A stretch of 64,000 bases of DNA, from contig JABCTC010000015.1 of NCBI GenBank assembly GCA_018238545.1, forward strand, positions 15,825 through 79,824. The letters run 5' to 3'. The notes beneath the pieces were generated by a model. It was not told the DNA's origin and did no database searches. It worked only from the letters and a program-made list of their open reading frames with translations. This document shows, piece after piece, positions 10,704 to 19,885 of the stretch (the stretch's first letter is position 1; every line of letters begins with the position of its first letter). Source of the DNA: Candidatus Heimdallarchaeota archaeon (lineage in GTDB: Archaea > Asgardarchaeota > Heimdallarchaeia > Heimdallarchaeales > Heimdallarchaeaceae). The translations under genes were made by a program, and so were the position numbers.

Positions 10704-11087
10704 ATGATAAAAATGAAATTAGGTATAATTAAAGAAGTATTCAAAAATGTCTTCACAAAACCAATGACAGTACTTTTTCCTTTTGAAAAAATTGAGATTC
10801 CAGAGCGGAATAGAGGCGAACATAGTTTTGACATTGATACATGCATTTCATGTGGAGCTTGCGCTAGAATCTGCCCGAATCTAGCAATAGAAATGATAGA
10901 CGCGCCCCAGGAATTAAAAAAGAAGTATCCCAAAACCTATCCTCAGATAGATATAGGTAAATGTTGTTTTTGCGCATTATGTCAAGATGTCTGTCCAAAA
11001 GGGTCAATTAAACTTACAACTAATGTTTTCTTAGCGACCTTTGATAAAGATGACACAGTAAGAAGTCCTATGTCATGGAATAAGTGA
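10704..11087 (+). CDS. NuoI/MbxN-like 2x[4Fe-4S] subunit
   Basis: Two CxxCxxCxxxCP motifs; T..FPFE. Confidence 0.9.
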   Translation: MIKMKLGIIKEVFKNVFTKPMTVLFPFEKIEIPERNRGEHSFDIDTCISCGACARICPNLAIEMIDAPQELKKKYPKTYPQIDIGKCCFCALCQDVCPKGSIKLTTNVFLATFDKDDTVRSPMSWNK

Positions 11088-11255
11088 AGTTGTCCTCCTT
11101 CCTTATTCCTTCTCTTTTTTTTACAAAGCTCGAAATGATATGTATATTGTTTCTCATATTTAATGAGCTATTTTTCAATAGATAACTTTTAATTGAGTAA
11201 TAATTCACAATTCTTGTTTATCTTATAGACACGTTTTCAAGTTACATAAATACAG

Positions 11256-11720
11256 GTGACAAAAATGAGTTATGGTATAGATAGAAGACCAAGTGGCGGT
11301 CGAGGGAAAGGTGGAGGTCGAAGACCAGGTGGAGGTCGAGGACAAGGTGGGAAAATTGGTATGGGATCAGGAGGTTGGTGTGTCTGCACAGCTTGTGGGC
11401 AAAGAGCTGCTCACCAGCGAGGTGAAACCTGTAATCAGAAGCAATGTTCATCTTGTGGGGAGAGGATGATAAGAGATATAGGAACTCAAGGTTTCCCTCA
11501 ACAAGTAAACTCTAGAACTTCAAATCCTATGCAGAGTAGTTTTCAAAGATTCAAAATCCCGATTGTTGATGAAGGTAAATGCGTTGGATGTTCTTTGTGT
11601 TTAAGTAGTTGCAGATATAATGCAATACACATGGTAAATGGTAAAGCACATATTCAAGAAAACCTGTGCCAGGGGTGTAAGGCTTGTATTCCCTCATGTC
11701 CTCATGGAGCTATATCCTAA
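11256..11720 (+). CDS. Ferredoxin-domain protein with Gly/Arg-rich N-terminus and Cys-rich zinc-binding region
   Basis: GGGR repeats, CxCxxC...C...CxxC, two 4Fe-4S motifs. Confidence 0.75.
   Translation: MTKMSYGIDRRPSGGRGKGGGRRPGGGRGQGGKIGMGSGGWCVCTACGQRAAHQRGETCNQKQCSSCGERMIRDIGTQGFPQQVNSRTSNPMQSSFQRFKIPIVDEGKCVGCSLCLSSCRYNAIHMVNGKAHIQENLCQGCKACIPSCPHGAIS
11282..11352 (+). repeat. Imperfect 18-bp coding tandem repeat (ggtggaggtcgaagacca-like)
   Basis: About 3.5 copies encoding GGGRxx. Confidence 0.7.
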
Positions 11721-11743
11721 ACGTAAATTTTTACAAAGTAATA

Positions 11744-13175
11744 ATGATGCTTATTTGTCTTCTTGTCTTATTAGACAAAGCTAGGTAAATGTCGTGCTTA
11801 GAGGTCATGATATAGGGCGAAGACACTCTATACTCACTCTGAGTGGATACATCACGTATCCTCCTACCCCGTTCACCTTGCGTTTAGGCAAGGCTTTCGG
11901 ATCGCTTTTTATCAGAATATTATATGCAGCATTAACATCAGCATTGATCAAGTGGCCTTGAGCTGAACGAAACAGCCCTCGGTGGATTCTTTTCCCTTTG
12001 TAATTTTTCCGCTTTTTAGGGAACTCATTATCCAGGAAACTGCTTTTAGAGGTGTATTGTTCAGGAATCGTCTCAACTTTTATCCCTCGTTCTGTTCCTT
12101 TGTATTTTAGCAAATCGATGATTTTCAAGAATGGGATGGTGACGAACATCTGGGTGGTTTTTTTCCAAAAATGCATTCCTTGTTTCCATAGCTCATTATA
12201 CCCTATCACCACTTCATGTAGCCCTCGTTCCACCCACAAGTCAACCAGATACTTGGTTAATTTGTGGATAGCATCGTTTAGCTTTTTTCTCCACTTTTCT
12301 TTGAGCTTATAGTAAGCTGGACCATATTTTAGACGATTATTCGATTGCAATTGTTTTCTCTGTTGCTGACTATACTGTAGTTGTAGTTTCTTCTGTTCTT
12401 TCAGATAATACTGTGTAATTGATTTTATCCCTTTCCCTGCGTCTTTGATAACAATCGGTCTTCCTCCGAGGTTATCCACGAAAGCGGCAAGGTTGTCCAT
12501 CCCTAAATCCACAGCTCCTTTTCTGGTCAACTTTTTCCTGAGATTGGGTATACTCTTGAGATAAACAAGTTCAAGGGTATAGTGAGTTCTTCGGGGAATG
12601 ATTCTTACTTCTCTTAACTCTGCTTGAGCTGTTAGCCTTGTCTTGTAAGTGTACTTCACTTTCTTAGGTAACACTAACCATCCATTGACAATACGTGCTT
12701 GTTGATTGGTGAAGATAGCTACTACTTCCCCATCCTTCTTTTTGTAGTTAGGTGGATTAGGCATGGCAAAAAACAATGTTGGGTTCTTCTTCCACTCTTG
12801 TTTCGCTCGGAAAAAGCTCTTCCAGGTTCTAGAAAGGAGTTTGAGAGTTTGTTGGGCAACATGAGCAGGAAGGACTCTGTAGCATTCTTCCTGTTTCAAC
12901 TGTCTGTCAAGATCATAGTAAAAGAGAAGTTTACTTGTTTGCTTCAAGGAGGTTTTTATCAGAAAATTTGCCCAATTATAGAGATTTTTTGCTTGATGAC
13001 AGATTCTGCTCAGTGCTGGATGATACTCCACTTCTATACGCTCTGCTCGCAGTACCTTTGCCATCTTTCGTTGACCCAGAGTTCATTATAAAAACTCCCG
13101 TAATATGCGCTTTAAACACTCCATTTAAACTGATACAATTGTAGCGAATATGACTACAAGACAAAAATTTATTAT
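11744..13175 (-). mobile_element. Non-autonomous TnpB-only IS, copy A
   Basis: Ends defined by alignment to the copy at 61043-62462; right end ...catcat; no transposase gene. Confidence 0.75.
11805..13064 (-). CDS. tnpB: RNA-guided endonuclease TnpB
   Basis: AVDLG (RuvC-I), IGYN..WKQ, EQYTSK, NADVNAAYNI (RuvC-III). Confidence 0.93.
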   Translation of the reverse strand: MAKVLRAERIEVEYHPALSRICHQAKNLYNWANFLIKTSLKQTSKLLFYYDLDRQLKQEECYRVLPAHVAQQTLKLLSRTWKSFFRAKQEWKKNPTLFFAMPNPPNYKKKDGEVVAIFTNQQARIVNGWLVLPKKVKYTYKTRLTAQAELREVRIIPRRTHYTLELVYLKSIPNLRKKLTRKGAVDLGMDNLAAFVDNLGGRPIVIKDAGKGIKSITQYYLKEQKKLQLQYSQQQRKQLQSNNRLKYGPAYYKLKEKWRKKLNDAIHKLTKYLVDLWVERGLHEVVIGYNELWKQGMHFWKKTTQMFVTIPFLKIIDLLKYKGTERGIKVETIPEQYTSKSSFLDNEFPKKRKNYKGKRIHRGLFRSAQGHLINADVNAAYNILIKSDPKALPKRKVNGVGGYVMYPLRVSIECLRPIS

Positions 13176-13300
13176 AAACAAAATACGTGGAATTTTGTAG
13201 TTTTATGTGTCTGTAATAAAGATTTACAAATTCTAAATTTCTGGAGTGTATCATTCTTGTAATACTTGTTTTTAAGAAGCATAAAACGGACTTATTTTTT

Positions 13301-13504
13301 ATGAAATTCTTCAACTATTTCGATGTTCCTGAAGAAGAACTCGAAACAGAAGGTGTTCTAAATTATCTTAAATCAGTTTTTAAAGAGATTGATGCACCAG
13401 AAGGTAGAATTCTTGCTTGGTATAAACTTTCCCACGAGGATAAAGGGATGAGTAGAATCTGTGCTATCTATGAAGTTAAAGACAAAATAAGAAGCGCAAG
13501 ATGA
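13301..13504 (+). CDS. Small hypothetical protein
   Basis: 67-aa ORF in an intergenic gap, protein-like composition. Confidence 0.5.
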   Translation: MKFFNYFDVPEEELETEGVLNYLKSVFKEIDAPEGRILAWYKLSHEDKGMSRICAIYEVKDKIRSAR

Positions 13505-13596
13505 TGTGAAACTTAGCAAAAAATGGTTTTTCTTTATTTCATCTACAGTTTGTTTATTGTTTTTATATGAAAAACACGCAATATTAAAGGGAGAAC

Positions 13597-13860
13597 ATGA
13601 TTAGCATAAGGGAAGAAAAGAAAAGAAATCCAATAAAATTACAGAATAGATACCCTCATCTTGGAAGAGCACTAGATCTTTTAGATTCTCAAACAATTCG
13701 CGATAGAATGATGGGTTATGCTCTCGTTACAACTTGTTTTCATCTTTGCCCAGAAGAAATGAGAGAATTTATACACGAAAAGTGGAAGAATGAAGAGCTA
13801 GTAAAGGGGAGGATAAAAAAAGAATTTATTGAATATTGTATCAAAAAATTTGATGTTTAA
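13597..13860 (+). CDS. Small hypothetical protein
   Basis: 87-aa ORF preceded by GGGAG. Confidence 0.55.
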   Translation: MISIREEKKRNPIKLQNRYPHLGRALDLLDSQTIRDRMMGYALVTTCFHLCPEEMREFIHEKWKNEELVKGRIKKEFIEYCIKKFDV

Positions 13861-13861
13861 T

Positions 13862-14641
13862 TTAATTTTTACTTACATTTTCTGCGACAGGAAAGTATGT
13901 GGGATAGATTAACTTGGCGAAATTTTGATATATTTCTACACTATAATCTTTTGTTTCAATAAGAGATTCTAGTTTTACTATTTCTGATTCAGTATATCCT
14001 TTCATATCTGGAAATGATTCAGGATCACCATAATCTAATATCTTGACTACAAATTCATCTAGTTTAGTCAGCTCAAGATAGGATTCAATTATCAGATGAA
14101 TATGTGGAGTTAGTTTCTCAATAATCTCTTCTTCCTTCACAGAATTTGTAATTCTAATTACTGAAAGAATAGCAGCTCTCTTTGTTATGTAATCTCGAGC
14201 ATATGCTACATTTTTGAGCGGATATAAAACATCTACATCATCTAAGTATCCAATAGCTCTTATGGCGGCATATTGTAAATCATAACCACTTTCTTCGAGC
14301 ATTTTGATGAGATAAGGTTTAGAATCATAATGTTTTAGTTTACCTAATACCTCTAAGATCGTTAGTTTAGTAGATAAAGAACTTCTTTCAACGAGATCAT
14401 GTAGATGAGTTAAAACCTCTTTCTTTGATTCTGGGTATTTGGAAGTAAGAAATAGTATAGAAGAAGCTGCAGCATTTCTCACATTCCATTCCGAATCTTC
14501 TAACAGCGGTAGTAGTTTTTTTACTGTTTTTGCTTTACCCTTAATCTGTTGAAATAATGCAAAGTGAACTCTGTCTAATGGAATCTCACTTTGTAATTTT
14601 TTACCCATGCCTAATCCTTTAAGGAAATTCTCAACACTCAT
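13862..14641 (-). CDS. HEAT-repeat protein
   Basis: LLEDSEWNVRNAAA, LQYAAIRAIG, ITKRAAI repeats. Confidence 0.85.
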   Translation of the reverse strand: MSVENFLKGLGMGKKLQSEIPLDRVHFALFQQIKGKAKTVKKLLPLLEDSEWNVRNAAASSILFLTSKYPESKKEVLTHLHDLVERSSLSTKLTILEVLGKLKHYDSKPYLIKMLEESGYDLQYAAIRAIGYLDDVDVLYPLKNVAYARDYITKRAAILSVIRITNSVKEEEIIEKLTPHIHLIIESYLELTKLDEFVVKILDYGDPESFPDMKGYTESEIVKLESLIETKDYSVEIYQNFAKLIYPTYFPVAENVSKN

Positions 14642-16218
14642 AATTCAAACAGTCCTTCTTTTATTAGATACGCAATTGCACCTCTTTGTGGTTGGGTCAA
14701 TTTGCGTAAATAAGTATAATCAACATTGCTCACATCAACCTTATCTTCAGATTCTTCATCTAAATCAAATTTGTAAGCGTCTTTTCTTTTAGTTACTTGA
14801 ACAGCTCTTGTTACAACCGGTAAATTATACGGAGACAGAGGTTGATGTTTTGTTTTATGAACAGCGAATAGTGTTGAAACGTGAATTCCACCAATCTTCT
14901 TGAATACAATTACATCAGCAAATGCAGGAAGAATCGTCTTGAAATCATCCCTGTACAGTGCCATATGGTTATGAAGTATAACAAGTTGATCTATTCCTAT
15001 TCCATAATCATTAACTTCAAAAACATATACTTTCTTTTGATCAACTTTGACATAGCCTTTGGATTCTATTCTTGGTTTTTCATCTTGTAGCTGACCGAAA
15101 GTTGAAAATTTCTTTCTATATACCTTTCTAGTATATTCATCAATGATTTTCCAACCATATGCATAAACAGACCAGATATCTGTCCATCTACTTCGTGTAG
15201 AGTGCCATTTCTCAACAACACCTTCAGAATGCAGATTTTTATTTACCGCAAGCAAATCCTTTACTTCGTCCCAAGTGAATTCTTCCAACAGATTAATATC
15301 TGATTTATAATTGAATAGTTTGCTGAAAAGCTCTTTTTCATTTTCAACTTTGGTTTCAAGCCTTCTTATTACAGCTAAACTAAATTCACCAATGGGAGGA
15401 GCTAAAAATGATTTCAACTCATTTGGTAATTTTGGTTCTTTATCCTCAACACTTTTCTTGAACTCATAATCGCCTGATTTTATAAGATATTCAATGCCTT
15501 TTGCTTGAACATAATGTGCAAAACCTTCATCAATTAGCTCATGCAGATGCTTTTTCCTTGATACTTTTGCTCTTTCAGATAGATAGTTTATAGCTTCAAT
15601 TGAAAAATTATTGAATAGAGTATATTTTCGTGCAATTTCAGGAGGGATGTAAAAATCTTCTACACCAGCTTCGGTGAACAATCTAATTACACCAATTAAA
15701 TCTTGGAAATATTGCCATGCCCAAGCATGTCCATCAGATGATTCTTTGTTTAATTGAAAAACATTGTTTGTCATTAATTCCTTCAGAACAGTGTCTATCT
15801 GATAAAGTCTTGAGAGTATTTGTGGTGAGTTTGACTCAGTTTTTTCATTCATGTAAGCATGAGCAAAGGCATGAATTAGCATTACTCTAAGAGTGAATTC
15901 CTGTTCTTTGTTAAGTTCATAAGAAGGAGCTGAAAGATAAATCAAAGTAGGTAGAGAATTATAGATTGTTTCTTTTCCAACTGGCAAGAAATCGTTTATA
16001 CGAGCAGACTTAAGATGAGTTATTTGTTCAGCCGTCAAAATAGCTTGTGGGGTACCAGTTATTTCAATAACTCTATTTACCGAAACATGCAAATCTGGGT
16101 TAACAAAAAGCAATGCACGATAGTTTTCAGGAGTTTCGCCTACGAGAGCTTTGAAATCGTCTCTTGCCAAATTATAAACTCGGACTATCTCATCAAATTC
16201 AGTTTCTGTTTTAAGCAT
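14638..16218 (-). CDS. Zincin/SpoVR-like hypothetical protein (HxxxH lacking the catalytic Glu)
   Basis: LIHAFAHAY plus downstream IDEGFAHY. Confidence 0.55.
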   Translation of the reverse strand: MLKTETEFDEIVRVYNLARDDFKALVGETPENYRALLFVNPDLHVSVNRVIEITGTPQAILTAEQITHLKSARINDFLPVGKETIYNSLPTLIYLSAPSYELNKEQEFTLRVMLIHAFAHAYMNEKTESNSPQILSRLYQIDTVLKELMTNNVFQLNKESSDGHAWAWQYFQDLIGVIRLFTEAGVEDFYIPPEIARKYTLFNNFSIEAINYLSERAKVSRKKHLHELIDEGFAHYVQAKGIEYLIKSGDYEFKKSVEDKEPKLPNELKSFLAPPIGEFSLAVIRRLETKVENEKELFSKLFNYKSDINLLEEFTWDEVKDLLAVNKNLHSEGVVEKWHSTRSRWTDIWSVYAYGWKIIDEYTRKVYRKKFSTFGQLQDEKPRIESKGYVKVDQKKVYVFEVNDYGIGIDQLVILHNHMALYRDDFKTILPAFADVIVFKKIGGIHVSTLFAVHKTKHQPLSPYNLPVVTRAVQVTKRKDAYKFDLDEESEDKVDVSNVDYTYLRKLTQPQRGAIAYLIKEGLFEL

Positions 16219-17617
16219 GCATCATACTCTCCCTTAAAATTTGTTCTCCCAGCTTCTTTATTTGAGCAGGATCGATGAGAATGGGTCGTGTTATACCCTT
16301 CAACATCTGTTTTGTGTGAATGAACAACTCCTTATTACGTAGAGATTCAGTTCCCATAAGGAAATAAGAAATGTTCCAATTTCTTGTTCTATCATTTTTA
16401 AGATGTTTGAAAATCCCATTGAGTTGAATCAAACAATCTATTGTTTCTGGTTTCGTTTTGGTTTGAATTTCAGAGAAGTATTTCTGCAACTCCTCATTTT
16501 TCCGATAATTATATGGAAAAGTAGGAACATTGGGCATACCGTCTGTAACTATTGTGAAGTATACATCAATATCTTTATCCACACGTTGTTTTTTTGCGTG
16601 ATCAATAGCAGTCTGAACGGCTTGAACCATGTAAGTCTTACCCTTTGCGTCAGCTGTTAGAAGGTAATTTTCCATTTTACTGTCATCATCAACGACAGTT
16701 GGGTTCTTTCTAACAGGAACTACGGCAAGTTTGAACATGTCAAATCTTTTCCTTTTTCGACGATTCAGTATTTTAAAGTAATAGTATAGACTTAAACTAG
16801 TTAAGAGGGCCCCATCTAGCCTTGACATTTTACCTTCAAAAACAGCCTTCTTCATAGATTGACTCATATCTACAATAAGATACACAAGTGATCGTCTATC
16901 TTTTTTCACACGAATTATATCTTCCTGTTTAACAGAAGTTGGTGGTATATTTTGAGAACTCAAAATTGCGCTTTTATAAGTCTCTCTAAGTCTTATTGTG
17001 CCCCTAGGTCTCTTTTGTACTTCATCGATAGGTGCTACTGATATTTGTTTTAAAAGAAAACGACCAAGAATCTTTCCAAGCAAATCCATAACACTTTCTC
17101 TAGAAATACGCTTCTTCCTACCAAAGGCATCGGTTATTTCAATGTCTATTATCTCTTGTAATTGGTTGAGTTTTTCTGCTAACTGATCTAAATCAACAGA
17201 TCCTTCATATTTAAGATTACGAAGCAGATCTTGTATATACTTGAGAATTTCTTCTAGAGTTTGTAGCTCATTACGATTTACTCTTTCCAATACATCTGGT
17301 AGAATCCTATCACCCATAAACCGTAGAATTTTGAGTTCGTTTAGCAAGCGTTCTTCTTCTGGAGCTGTCAAATATGTTGTCATTATCTTCTGAACAATAT
17401 TCTCCATCGCCACAGCATTTTTTGCAGCAAGAGAAAGAACTGCTCCTTCACGAGAACTTCTTCCTAAATGAGGATTACGCCATAACCTAAGTACTTGAGC
17501 AGCATCTTCAAAATCTAAGATGAATTCAACGTCTCCATATGCTTGAATAGGATCAGTGAATTCTTCTGCTGTTATGAAATTTATTCTATGGGGCATGTTA
17601 TTATCTCCAATGGGCAC
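16211..17617 (-). CDS. VWA domain protein
   Basis: MIDAS motif LIVDMSQSM, GKT, IVTDGMPN; preceded by a I.LR.T segment typical of AAA-associated VWA proteins. Confidence 0.87.
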   Translation of the reverse strand: MPIGDNNMPHRINFITAEEFTDPIQAYGDVEFILDFEDAAQVLRLWRNPHLGRSSREGAVLSLAAKNAVAMENIVQKIMTTYLTAPEEERLLNELKILRFMGDRILPDVLERVNRNELQTLEEILKYIQDLLRNLKYEGSVDLDQLAEKLNQLQEIIDIEITDAFGRKKRISRESVMDLLGKILGRFLLKQISVAPIDEVQKRPRGTIRLRETYKSAILSSQNIPPTSVKQEDIIRVKKDRRSLVYLIVDMSQSMKKAVFEGKMSRLDGALLTSLSLYYYFKILNRRKRKRFDMFKLAVVPVRKNPTVVDDDSKMENYLLTADAKGKTYMVQAVQTAIDHAKKQRVDKDIDVYFTIVTDGMPNVPTFPYNYRKNEELQKYFSEIQTKTKPETIDCLIQLNGIFKHLKNDRTRNWNISYFLMGTESLRNKELFIHTKQMLKGITRPILIDPAQIKKLGEQILRESMMHA

Positions 17618-17630
17618 TAGAAATGCCTGT

Positions 17631-19178
17631 TTAGATGTAATCTACTCTCAACAATTGCTCGTAAGATGGTCTAAGACTCTCAATAATTGTTGCTCGAATT
17701 TTGTCTTTGTATTTATCTAAACCTTCAAACTTTACAATCAAATCTGCTAATTCATTATCACTTAATGCCTTCATCTTTGAAATATCTTCAGAGATATCTT
17801 GTACACTTATAGAAACTTCCGATTCTTTTATAGATGTTCTTAGTAGAATCTTGATTTGTTGAAGAGCATCATTGAGCATCGAAACTGGTATATCATAAGC
17901 ATTCATTGTACTACGCAGCTTCTCTAAAGTTATGACATTGACATCTGTAGCTGTTTCTCTAGCTTGCAAAAGCACTGTTTCACCGATGATATTGTTCATA
18001 GTACGTAAATCGATGTGAGGATTTCTTTGTGGATCATGAATTTCATCAAGACCAGAATAGAAATCGGTACGTGCCATACGACTTTCTGAACGAATGTCCT
18101 TTGATTTTAGGTTGCTAGGTAAAGAATTATTTCCAAGATACGCAAGAAAATCTACTGCAAGTCTGCTAACAAAATCTGTAGTGTCTTTTTCCAATTCATG
18201 TAATTGAATAATGGAAGGATTTGCTGTGATTTTTTTACTTGAAAGAACAATCTGCTCTTCAAACATATCGCGTATAATTTGTTCTCTACTTTCAACAGAA
18301 CGTGCGGGCCACAGTACTTCAGGAATACGATTGATAATAGGTTGACTTTCTTCTCCAAAGACGGTTAATGGCGCGTTAGATGTGAAGATTACAGCTCCAT
18401 CAATGTAAACTGGTTCTCCTTGGATATTGTATTTAATACCCATTGGTTCTTCGAGAAAACCCATCAATGATTCTAATAGTGTTAAGGGGAGCCTCTGAAT
18501 TTCATTTACAACTAATATACCATGGGAAAGAACGCCTACCTTATGCGAAGTAGCGGCATAAGTAGTCTGAGTTTCTTTGCCAAACAACTCTTCTAAGTTT
18601 TCGACACCAGCAAGTAACATATAGAGACTTTCAGGGTCATTTCTTGGATCAAGTTGCGCTCTTCGGACTAGTGTTTTTGTTGCTTCAAGTTTTCCTAGCC
18701 TACTTACTACTTCTTTTGGAGAAATTTCAAGTATACTATTTGTATTATCTAATTGTACAGGACTACCTTCATCAGACAAAATACCTTCGATTTTTTGTCT
18801 GCAGTAAGGACATAGAGATTGCATAACTCTAATTCCAGCAAAAGGATTTGATGGGAAGTTATTGATAATATCTACAATGTATCCAGCGTCTTCTAGGAAT
18901 GGACAACCACCGATGTGATATTTGTTGTTGTTGATTTCTCTAACGATATGGTCAAGCAACACCCTTGCAAAAAGAGTTTTGGCTTCACCTGTTGGACCTG
19001 TGATTAAGACTTTACCACCAACAGCTAATTTATCCATAACAAGTTTTTTTCCAATTTCATTACCACGAACAGTAACGTCTTTAGAAACTCTATCACGGAA
19101 CTCTGGATTCATCAATATTGAACGGACAGAATAACCAGAATAACCATCCTTCATTATATTTCCAATTGAAATTGTCAT
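17631..19178 (-). CDS. AAA+ ATPase (MoxR/Mg-chelatase/PrkA-related)
   Basis: Walker A GPTGEAKT, GCPF...CPYC insert, Walker B LVVNE, sensor-1 FTSN, arginine finger IINR. Confidence 0.82.
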   Translation of the reverse strand: MTISIGNIMKDGYSGYSVRSILMNPEFRDRVSKDVTVRGNEIGKKLVMDKLAVGGKVLITGPTGEAKTLFARVLLDHIVREINNNKYHIGGCPFLEDAGYIVDIINNFPSNPFAGIRVMQSLCPYCRQKIEGILSDEGSPVQLDNTNSILEISPKEVVSRLGKLEATKTLVRRAQLDPRNDPESLYMLLAGVENLEELFGKETQTTYAATSHKVGVLSHGILVVNEIQRLPLTLLESLMGFLEEPMGIKYNIQGEPVYIDGAVIFTSNAPLTVFGEESQPIINRIPEVLWPARSVESREQIIRDMFEEQIVLSSKKITANPSIIQLHELEKDTTDFVSRLAVDFLAYLGNNSLPSNLKSKDIRSESRMARTDFYSGLDEIHDPQRNPHIDLRTMNNIIGETVLLQARETATDVNVITLEKLRSTMNAYDIPVSMLNDALQQIKILLRTSIKESEVSISVQDISEDISKMKALSDNELADLIVKFEGLDKYKDKIRATIIESLRPSYEQLLRVDYI

Positions 19179-19195
19179 TGTATTTTCCTCTTATT

Positions 19196-19792
19196 TTATT
19201 GATTATTTTCTTCTTCTGAAGGAAATTGAACTTTAATAGGTTGTATTTTTTCTAATAATGCTTCTTTTTCTTCCCAAGGTTTAATGTAACCCATATGGAT
19301 TACTTTTTTCATCCATTTCAGAGATTCAATTAATGAATCTACGTCTGGAACCTCAAAAAGGTTCCATATACGATCTGTTAAACGTATGAGAGACATATTT
19401 TCTATTAATTCTCCTCTAGTCAAAGCTCCTTGTAAGTCAGTATTGTAAGCACAGACTGCTATAGGAAGATCGTCTACTTCCTCGTCCCAAATAATTTTTT
19501 CCCAGAAATAATTACGCTCATGTTTAATCATTTCTTCTTTCGTTGCATCAATAAGATAGAGAATTCCTTCAAAAGGGATAAATTGTTTAGGTGCGAATTT
19601 TAGCTTTTCAGCATATGGAAGTTCATTCAAACAGCTATCAATGATAAATTCATTTAAAGAAGTATTAGAACGCATTAGCAAAACACGGTTGCGAGTTGCT
19701 GGAAGGTTGTTTCCCATAACCAATACCGATGTTTCAGGATAGCCAAGCTTTCTACGAATAGTTTGAAATGTTCGTTGGATGAAGTTAGTCAT
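19196..19792 (-). CDS. Degenerate Arf-like small GTPase
   Basis: GILYLIDAT, PIAVCAYNTDL, L.L..L.DR.W, SL.W align to the Arf C-terminal half; G1, G3 and G4 motifs are degenerate. Confidence 0.75.
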   Translation of the reverse strand: MTNFIQRTFQTIRRKLGYPETSVLVMGNNLPATRNRVLLMRSNTSLNEFIIDSCLNELPYAEKLKFAPKQFIPFEGILYLIDATKEEMIKHERNYFWEKIIWDEEVDDLPIAVCAYNTDLQGALTRGELIENMSLIRLTDRIWNLFEVPDVDSLIESLKWMKKVIHMGYIKPWEEKEALLEKIQPIKVQFPSEEENNQ

Positions 19793-19885
19793 TGGGCTTC
19801 GCTAAAGAATTTGGAATATAAATCTTTAAATGTTTTATGAATCCGAAGGAAAAAGTTTTTGATGTTATTTTCTCATCTCATCAAG

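Noticed and set aside
11805-13064. Cas12f/CRISPR system or nuclease-dead TldR
   Set aside because: No repeat-spacer array or cas genes were seen in the window; both catalytic Asp residues and an alternative Glu are retained.
12976-13314. Overlapping ORFs at the tnpB 5' ends (also 61041-61271) as TnpA
   Set aside because: No HUH or serine-recombinase motifs; these are shadow frames.
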